DNA from: Oligoflexales bacterium
Lineage (GTDB): Bacteria > Bdellovibrionota_B > Oligoflexia > Oligoflexales > Bog-1112
Assembly (NCBI GenBank): GCA_045105515.1
Contig: JBGCDR010000249.1
Location: 1 to 14,252 of the forward strand
Length of the DNA: 14,252 bases
Direction: 5' to 3'
The position numbers and the translations under genes are program-made. Positions 8,071 to 14,252 of the stretch are shown here, piece after piece; positions within the stretch are counted from its first letter, which is position 1; each line of letters opens with the position of its first letter. The notes beneath the pieces are model-generated. The model worked only from the letters and a program-made list of their open reading frames with translations. It was not told the origin of the DNA and made no database searches.

Positions 8071-8356
8071 TTTTTCCAATAAAATAACCACTATTCAGTG
8101 GTAAAATCTATTTTTTGCGATTCAGATGCCATTAAATAGCATTACTGGCGGAAATAAGCAAGACAAATTTCTTAAACTCCTTTAATTAACGACATTTAAG
8201 GTTTGTTCCTTTAGAAGCGATTCCCATAAAGTAAGATATTTTTATTGTGGAAGTATCGAATGCAAAGTTTTGATGTATTCCCAAAGCTCGCAAAACTATA
8301 TTTTCGTAATTTTAGTATTGAATTTAATAAGAAAGAAAAATTAAATATGCCTAGGA

Positions 8357-8385
8357 TGCTTAATATCAAAAACTGATATTAAGCA
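8357..8385. other. perfect 12-bp inverted repeat (terminator or operator)
   Basis: TGCTTAATATCA-AAAAC-TGATATTAAGCA. Confidence 0.55.
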
Positions 8386-8466
8386 ATAGATTACGGAAAA
8401 TGGAAAGCATAGATATGTGTATCAGGGGAAAAGCTCTAAATATTATCTAATTCAAACCAGTTTTGG

Positions 8467-8489
8467 TTTTGGACAAGGAAAGTCCAAAA
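8467..8489 (-). terminator. hairpin immediately after the 8494..9048 stop
   Basis: TTTTGGAC-AAGGAAA-GTCCAAAA. No strong U tract on the minus strand. Confidence 0.4.
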
Positions 8490-8493
8490 TTAA

Positions 8494-9048
8494 TCAATTA
8501 GTAATTCTACCGAAAATAGAATCAATATCATTCAAAAGACTAGACAATGCTTCCGCATTCTTAATCGCTTTTTTTGGAGCATTCAAATCTGAATCTATCG
8601 TAGTTTCAGGAGTTTCTGCATTGTCAGAGGAAGAAGCAACTGATTTATCTGAAGAAGATGATTTAATCGTGATTACAGAGCCTATTATACTATCTGAAGA
8701 AGAGACTACAGATTCATGACTTTTCGAAGCAGAAGAGGATATTGAATCATCATCATCAATAGAAGTAGAAGTAGGGTCTTTAAACCCGAAATAAGTAACT
8801 CCACCTACTACCATGATAGTAGCCGCAACAGAAGCACCACATTTTAAAGGGTTCGCAACACACCATTTTAATGGGTTTTTGCTAAAGCCAATTTTAGTCT
8901 GATTTTCGTTTTCCAGCTCTGAAGATAGTTCGTCAAAATTAGATACTATCTCTTCGGAATCAATTTCTTGAACAACAATAGCGTCGTATTCTTTACCAAA
9001 TCCAGTATTAGCAAAAGCTAAACCAATAATTAAAAGTACAATTTTCAT
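8494..9048 (-). CDS. signal-peptide protein with internal TM helix and Ser-rich tail
   Basis: MKIVLLIIGLAFANTGFG signal, NPLKWCVANPLKC, hydrophobic GASVAATIMVVGGVTYFGF, and a Ser/Asp-rich linker. AAGG RBS. Confidence 0.8.
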   Translation of the reverse strand: MKIVLLIIGLAFANTGFGKEYDAIVVQEIDSEEIVSNFDELSSELENENQTKIGFSKNPLKWCVANPLKCGASVAATIMVVGGVTYFGFKDPTSTSIDDDDSISSSASKSHESVVSSSDSIIGSVITIKSSSSDKSVASSSDNAETPETTIDSDLNAPKKAIKNAEALSSLLNDIDSIFGRITN

Positions 9049-9406
9049 AACAAGTGACCTTATATAAATTTTTTTTAAAGACGATTGGCGACATTACCAC
9101 AATTTTAGCTAAAATCAACCTCAAAAAAAGTAATGCCTTTTGAAGGCCTAATTGGTCACTATTTTGCTAGTAAAGCTATAGTAAGATTATTTTTATAATT
9201 GATTAAGAATATGAATATATTAAGCAAGGAATAGTAAACCGATCTCGGTTAAAAAAACAGTATATTATACACTTATTGGATTCTGGATCTGAGATTAATT
9301 ATGATTCGAATCAACTTCCTATTTCCCTACTATTTAAGAATAAGATTATATTTAAACTCAATTTTAGTTTAAGGGAGAAACCTGAAATTATGATATGATA
9401 TCAAAC

Positions 9407-10993
9407 CTAATTAATAAGATTTGACATTGCTGCGCACGACAATGAAGGCGATTGAGTGGTATTGTAGTGCTCTTGCTGGAAACCAAAATCATATTGAGAC
9501 CATCCTGGATGGTCCGCTAAAGTGTTATTGAACAAGGCTTTTAATCTAGGATCTTTTAACGTCTGTGACAGTTCTGGAAGGGTGGTAGCGAGGTTCGGGT
9601 CATCCTTTAACAAGGCATCCAGCAATAAGATGCCTGCTGGGAAGTCTATTCTATTAAAACCGATCCACATACGCACTGGCTGATCACCTGTACGATGAAA
9701 ACCAAATATATCTTGATAGTTATATCCAAACTCCATAAGCTTGTTCTGAATGCCTGCATAATCCTCTGTGCATGCTAACTCATAAGCTAATGCTAAGCGG
9801 TTATTTTGGCTCAGATCATCATTTGACATTACTGCTGATGTCAAAGCTCTTCCTGCATTTTTTGCTAGAAAGAAATTCATAATCTGATTATTACCATTTT
9901 CTCCATAATTTACCCGAGGTCGCAAAACACCTTCAAGAGGATAATTATTCTGAAAAGTCAAATATTGATAAACAGGTGATGTGTTATCCTGCTTTGCCGC
10001 ATTAAGTAAATCCAACTCTTCAGCTGTAATTTTATCTCTATCTCCTACTGTTCCAGGCCAACTATTATAGGCTGTCCAGTTTGGTCGAGGGGATTGACTA
10101 TGACAAGCTTTACAAGTTTCTCTTTCTATTTCGGTCTCTTTTTCGGAATCATAAGTTAGACCAACTAAGTCCCAAGTATTGGTATTATAATCAAACACAG
10201 CAACTTCGACTGTTTTCGAATTCGGTACTGTTTCAACTGTCACAATAAATTTACCATTAGGAGCCATCAATATTACCCTTGGGTTTTCCATGGAGGCAAA
10301 TTGGTTGCTCCTAGATGTGTGCATCATCATCCAATTTGGTCTAACTTTTTCCGGTAGGTTCTTGAGAACGTCTTCTGGAGTTTCAAAGCATGCTAAATCA
10401 GCCCCGTCACTGAAGTTCTCCCAATCAATTTTGCATTCTCCATTTTGCTGCCCACCAGGGGTATTTGAATCTGAATTAGGCTCCATATTTAGCGCATAAA
10501 CTAAATTTTCTATTTCTATGTTGCTAAGAGTAATATCTTGCATATTTGGAATACTGACTATAGCCTTACGGATTCGCTCTGCATCAGCCAGCAGCTTTGA
10601 AGACACGGCAAGCTCCCCATGACATGAACTGCATTCTGCCTTATAAATAACAGCACCAGAATCAAACTTTTCTTGATCAAAATCAGTCTGCTGGCCCTGA
10701 TCTTTGTTGGAATCGGTTTCAGAGTCCTTATTTTCTTTATCAGTATCTGTATCAGTGTCCTTGTCACTCTTGATGTCAGTCTTGCTATCTGTCTCTGGTT
10801 CTTTATCTTTTTCTAGCTCTGTATCATCTTCATTTGAATCATTTGCTTTAGAAACGTCCTGCTCAGGTTTTAAATTATCAATAGATGCATTAGAGCTTTT
10901 AACAGCCTTTGCTTCATTAACTCTGTTTAAATTATCTGGCTTTGAACAGCCAAACATCAATGACGCAATAATTATAAGTGAAAATATACCCAC
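9407..10993 (-). CDS. diheme c-type cytochrome lipoprotein (start revised to GTG 10993)
   Basis: Lipobox MFG-C and Asp/Lys-rich linker. CSSCH (10619-10633) sits in a class I cyt c-like domain with a distal Met (IPNM), and a second CKACH lies at 10100-10114. TGGGAAAA RBS precedes the GTG. Confidence 0.88.
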   Translation of the reverse strand: MGIFSLIIIASLMFGCSKPDNLNRVNEAKAVKSSNASIDNLKPEQDVSKANDSNEDDTELEKDKEPETDSKTDIKSDKDTDTDTDKENKDSETDSNKDQGQQTDFDQEKFDSGAVIYKAECSSCHGELAVSSKLLADAERIRKAIVSIPNMQDITLSNIEIENLVYALNMEPNSDSNTPGGQQNGECKIDWENFSDGADLACFETPEDVLKNLPEKVRPNWMMMHTSRSNQFASMENPRVILMAPNGKFIVTVETVPNSKTVEVAVFDYNTNTWDLVGLTYDSEKETEIERETCKACHSQSPRPNWTAYNSWPGTVGDRDKITAEELDLLNAAKQDNTSPVYQYLTFQNNYPLEGVLRPRVNYGENGNNQIMNFFLAKNAGRALTSAVMSNDDLSQNNRLALAYELACTEDYAGIQNKLMEFGYNYQDIFGFHRTGDQPVRMWIGFNRIDFPAGILLLDALLKDDPNLATTLPELSQTLKDPRLKALFNNTLADHPGWSQYDFGFQQEHYNTTQSPSLSCAAMSNLIN

Positions 10994-11036
10994 GTTAAGC
11001 TTTTCCCATTTAGATTGCCGATTATAACTAGGCAAC

Positions 11037-11065
11037 TTATCGACTATTTCTATATATATAATTAA
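11037..11065 (-). promoter_or_regulatory. sigma28/SigD-like promoter
   Basis: Minus-strand TTAAT-N16-GTCGATAA. Confidence 0.6.
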
Positions 11066-11295
11066 GTATTTCTCTTGTTTGTTGTTTTTTAAGGTAAAAA
11101 TAGGGATATTTATTCGTAGCTGTAAGTTTCTTGTAGATCAGTTTATCTTACGTGAAACTATTCTTCATTCTCAAATCCCTAGTAGTAGAATTTCTGAATC
11201 TGATAAGGGTAATCAAATTCAACGCAATATTGCTTTTCGTAATCCATGAATATATTTCATTTTTATAGAAATAAAACGATTTTAAGGTTATGATT

Positions 11296-11319
11296 ACAAA
11301 AAGAGTGTGCACACTCTTT
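11296..11319 (-). terminator. intrinsic terminator of 11351..13009
   Basis: Perfect 20-bp palindrome AAAGAGTGTGCACACTCTTT (11300-11319), reading …CTCTTTTTGT on the minus strand. Confidence 0.7.
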
Positions 11320-11350
11320 AACTTGAAATTTCCTTCACGAACATCAAAGC

Positions 11351-13009
11351 TTATAGCTGAGGTTCCATTACCGTTTCTTGCGTTGGAACCTTAGATGAAC
11401 CCGGGTAGTAAGGGTTCATGCCAGGAATAATTTGACCATTGCGTTCGAATTGATAAGCTAATGCAAGCCCAAAATAAACCGTAGACGCTGTATGGGGATT
11501 GAAATAGTATGACCAGGTAATTCCTGTATTGCAGCACGAATCATCAGAAGGTTGATTATGAGCAGGAATGCCCGAGCTTCCATATTCATCAAACATTATC
11601 TTAACGCTAGTCCGTAACTTATCTATATCAGCGCTCGCATTATTCTGATGAAAATCGTTCAGCGCCAGGAGTGCGGCTCCAGTATTTTCCGATTGAATAC
11701 CACTTCCGATATTAGTGAATTTAACGCCCCAAATTGCTTGGCCTAGACGAGAAGTAAACCCTGGATCTTCTATCATAAAAGTAGGTGTCACCAAAGCCTC
11801 CATTGTTGTAGGGGTCCTGGAATCATGATTGGCTACATTTTCTTCAGCTCTTGCTAGGTAACGCCAAGTAATCCCATCAACAGGTACAAATTCGTTATTA
11901 AGTTGCGTATTCGCATTGCATGAAGGTTCAGTTCCAGTACGATAGCGACCATTAGCGCTGTCATACATTTGGCTAACAAATTTGCCAGCTATTTTTTGAA
12001 CCTCATCAGCCGAGGTGTTAACTCCAGGCTCTGCAGTCAATGCAGCTTTTTGGACACACGCTCCTAGAGCATACATATCGAGATTATGTTCAACAGATTG
12101 CCAATCCGCAGATGCAGTGCTTGTGGGGCGCCCCATATAACCTTGATAGGGACCAGTTTTACATTGAAAGTTATTATGAATTTCTGACATTATGGCTTTG
12201 GCAGCACTATAGTATTCTTTATGCAAAGTTGCATTAGGAGCATCGTCTTTAAACTGAAGGTAATACCTGCAGAACGCTAAAGCCATCATGGAATTGTTAC
12301 CAACGTCAAGGAATGCACCACCAGAATCAATCCACGATGCTGGATTTAGGTCATAATGGTTAACCCTTGGCCAAAAAAGCCCTTTCCTGTAATTATCATT
12401 AGCTAGAGTCCACTTATGCATACGAAGCCAGGAGTCAAGAATCTTTGCAGCCTTTTGTGGTTTTCCAACTACGGTAAAAAATATTGATGCCAAAGCGTTA
12501 TCATAGGTATCAGATGCTGCATAAAATATATCTCCCTCAGCAACATCGTAAGTCCGGACAGTATAAGCATTAGGGTCATCGCTATGCATTGCATGCCTTG
12601 TTTGACCATCTATATATTGTTCGACATAATTCAAATATTTGTTCTGTTCTGAGTTGTCTAATTTAAATGGACCAGACACCTGTGGATCATCTTCAGAAGG
12701 ATCTTCTGCTGGAGGATTTTCATTTTCCATGCCTCCTGCACTCGCCATTAAATCATCAGCTTCTTTTCTAAGGTCTTCTGCTTCTTCTTTAAGACTTTCG
12801 GCTTCTGCATCATTTCTTGCTTCAGCCTCCGCTGCTCGTGCCTCGGCCTCTGCGGCTCGTGCTTCAGCCTCTAATGCTTTTGCCCTAGCCTCTGCCAACA
12901 TTTCCTCGGTTGCTGCCGAAGAGGAATCTGACATATTAACTCGAGCTCTTCTTTTTGTGCTACAAGAGCTAACCACTAAAACCAAAATAATTGGTAATAC
13001 ATACTTCAT
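11351..13009 (-). CDS. lipoprotein with coiled-coil stalk and putative six-hairpin glycosidase-like (alpha/alpha barrel) domain
   Basis: Lipobox VSS-C and AEARAAE heptad repeats. Helical segments with TYDNALA, DVGNNSMMALA, WQSVEHNLDMYAL, ENTGAALLAL and PHTAST motifs. The fold call is from pattern recognition. Confidence 0.8.
   Translation of the reverse strand: MKYVLPIILVLVVSSCSTKRRARVNMSDSSSAATEEMLAEARAKALEAEARAAEAEARAAEAEARNDAEAESLKEEAEDLRKEADDLMASAGGMENENPPAEDPSEDDPQVSGPFKLDNSEQNKYLNYVEQYIDGQTRHAMHSDDPNAYTVRTYDVAEGDIFYAASDTYDNALASIFFTVVGKPQKAAKILDSWLRMHKWTLANDNYRKGLFWPRVNHYDLNPASWIDSGGAFLDVGNNSMMALAFCRYYLQFKDDAPNATLHKEYYSAAKAIMSEIHNNFQCKTGPYQGYMGRPTSTASADWQSVEHNLDMYALGACVQKAALTAEPGVNTSADEVQKIAGKFVSQMYDSANGRYRTGTEPSCNANTQLNNEFVPVDGITWRYLARAEENVANHDSRTPTTMEALVTPTFMIEDPGFTSRLGQAIWGVKFTNIGSGIQSENTGAALLALNDFHQNNASADIDKLRTSVKIMFDEYGSSGIPAHNQPSDDSCCNTGITWSYYFNPHTASTVYFGLALAYQFERNGQIIPGMNPYYPGSSKVPTQETVMEPQL
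12813..12897 (-). repeat. degenerate 21-bp coding repeat (AEARAAE heptads)
   Basis: Translation AEARAKALEAEARAAEAEARAAEAEARN. Confidence 0.75.
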
Positions 13010-13045
13010 AGTTTTTCCCAGTCTATAGTATTTTAACTATAAACA

Positions 13046-13074
13046 TTATCGGAAATACTCTCTTAATAAATTAA
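13046..13074 (-). promoter_or_regulatory. sigma28/SigD-like promoter (proximal)
   Basis: Minus-strand TTAAT-N16-TCCGATAA, 36 nt upstream of ATG 13009. Confidence 0.65.
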
Positions 13075-13148
13075 TGTATGTTTTAATAACCTGATTTTAC
13101 ATAGAAAATTATTGTTAGATTTTCTAACTATCATTTCTAATGTAAGTC

Positions 13149-13177
13149 TTATCGACAAGTGCACATCCTAAATTTAA
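13149..13177 (-). promoter_or_regulatory. sigma28/SigD-like promoter (distal)
   Basis: Minus-strand TTAAA-N16-GTCGATAA. Confidence 0.55.
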
Positions 13178-13415
13178 ATCTCTTGTCCTTTGAAAGGGTC
13201 TTCAATTTTCTATTATTAGACAATAATCTGTGAGAACAAATCTATACCAAGAATTTTTTAATTTGTGGGGACTTGGCTTTAGATATGAATTTATTCCTTC
13301 ACCCAGATTCCCAGTAAATTATCAATTGAAAGGACTCAGCTTATCTAGTATCTGTTCGAACGGTGTTTTACCCTCTAGTCACCAATCTCATAAACCATTC
13401 TCAGAGGAAATTGGT

Positions 13416-13856
13416 ATGAAAATCTGCTTGAGAAAATGTTCAAATAACTTGGTCTTTAAATTATTATCTATAGTAATGCTATTTATTTGTGGATCTGCCC
13501 AATGTTCTAATATTTTTAAGGTTCCGAATGATCTGGAAGAACGCTTCAAAGATATCCCGGACTACGTACTATTAAAGGATATCTACAGCGAAGAAATTGA
13601 AGAATTGCTGACATGGAAAGGTGAAAATAAAGGTATTCAGGAATTAGGCTTGTTCTTATTCGACCTACTAGACAATGCTTATGATAAAGGCAGGGATAGT
13701 TGTTGTTGTAAAATTTTTTCACGCCAAGATCTAGGTGAAAAAATGCTACTTGATAGAAGTATTGTTTGTTTAGCTGGGATAATGATGGGAGAAAACCTTC
13801 AAACTCATAAAATTCGAAATTTTGATTTTTCACCACTGGCATTAGTTAGTGCCTGA
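13416..13856 (+). CDS. Cys-rich exported hypothetical protein, 146 aa (start revised from 13230)
   Basis: GAGG RBS before ATG 13416, followed by a basic N-terminus and hydrophobic LVFKLLSIVMLFICGSAQC. Confidence 0.7.
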   Translation: MKICLRKCSNNLVFKLLSIVMLFICGSAQCSNIFKVPNDLEERFKDIPDYVLLKDIYSEEIEELLTWKGENKGIQELGLFLFDLLDNAYDKGRDSCCCKIFSRQDLGEKMLLDRSIVCLAGIMMGENLQTHKIRNFDFSPLALVSA

Positions 13857-13865
13857 TTGGAAACA

Positions 13866-14252
13866 CACTGCCGCTTTTGTGTGTAAGGCTTAGAGCACTA
13901 TAATCTTTAGCGAATTTCCCCAGTTTCTCTAAAAAGGCTATAATTGTCGGAAAATCAAAAGATCTTGGGGGTGCCCATGCGCGCAACATGTAAAGAGTCT
14001 TATAGTTATGATACAATGAAACTCAAGGTAGATTTAGGTTCTAGCGATGATATTCCTGCCCTGATCAGAGGTTTGCAGCACATCTACATGGAAGACCATC
14101 CGAGAATGCTCAAAATCTCTGTCTTAAAACCGACTCACTTTACGATTGCAGACCTTACAACAGGCCGTCCAGGTATGGATCTTTGGAGACTCTTCGTTTT
14201 GGCAGTGTTCCGGGTTAACCTTGATTGGGACTACGATAGATTGACGGATATG
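13866..14252 (+). mobile_element. left part of an insertion sequence (ISNCY/IS5-like), truncated by the window edge; left boundary uncertain
   Basis: Contains the transposase start. TATAAT boxes lie at ~13898 and ~13939. The candidate end CACTGCCGC at 13866 cannot be confirmed without the right end. Confidence 0.65.
13977..14252 (+). CDS. IS transposase, N-terminal 92 aa (ISNCY/IS5-like), not in the supplied ORF track
   Basis: MRATCKESYSYDTMKLKVDLGSSDDIPALIRGLQHIYMED…TGRPGMDLWRLFVLAVFRVNLDWDYDRLTDM. The DDIP..L.GLQ.IY, GRPGMDLW and WDYDRL motifs are typical of these transposases. GGGGG RBS. Confidence 0.85.
   Translation, partial: MRATCKESYSYDTMKLKVDLGSSDDIPALIRGLQHIYMEDHPRMLKISVLKPTHFTIADLTTGRPGMDLWRLFVLAVFRVNLDWDYDRLTDM

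Noticed and set aside
8260..8300. GCAAA-containing segment as a c-di-GMP riboswitch
   Set aside because: It lacks the GNRA tetraloop/receptor and two-stem architecture.
9237..9257. AACCGA-TC-TCGGTT inverted repeat beside an A run
   Set aside because: Short arms, a 2-nt loop, and the T tract on the wrong side for a minus-strand terminator.
13230..13415. N-terminal 62-aa extension of the last intact ORF
   Set aside because: No RBS at 13230. The RBS and signal-like sequence fit ATG 13416.
3302..13842. Track ORFs 3302..3517, 5640..5822, 6245..6454, 8417..8719, 10290..10499, 10558..10767, 10704..11027, 12040..12237, 12639..13028 and 13546..13842
   Set aside because: They overlap better-supported CDSs on the opposite strand or in another frame and have no motifs. 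Several mirror low-complexity linkers.

Overview
This is an AT-rich bacterial accessory region with no rRNA, tRNA or CRISPR, dominated by unlinked exported proteins. Six are predicted lipoproteins: one with a Lys/Ala tetrapeptide-repeat tail, two convergent paralogous beta-barrel-like proteins flanking a LysM protein, a diheme c-type cytochrome, and a coiled-coil plus putative six-hairpin glycosidase-like protein. The window also holds other signal-peptide or membrane proteins, an orphan CheY-like receiver, a decayed pseudogene and the 5' end of an IS transposase. Three observations stand out. (1) A membrane-targeted AAA+ ATPase carries motifs resembling mitochondrial ATAD3. (2) A sigma28/SigD-like motif, TTAA(T/G/A)-N16-(TC/GT)CGATAA, recurs five times with identical spacing plus once partially, mostly directly upstream of lipoprotein genes. 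This suggests a co-regulated surface-protein regulon and also corrects one start codon. (3) An intergenic cluster of plus-strand hairpins may be tandem sRNAs. The gene content is reminiscent of Bdellovibrionota/Oligoflexia, but that is inference only. All family assignments come from motif recognition, not database searches.
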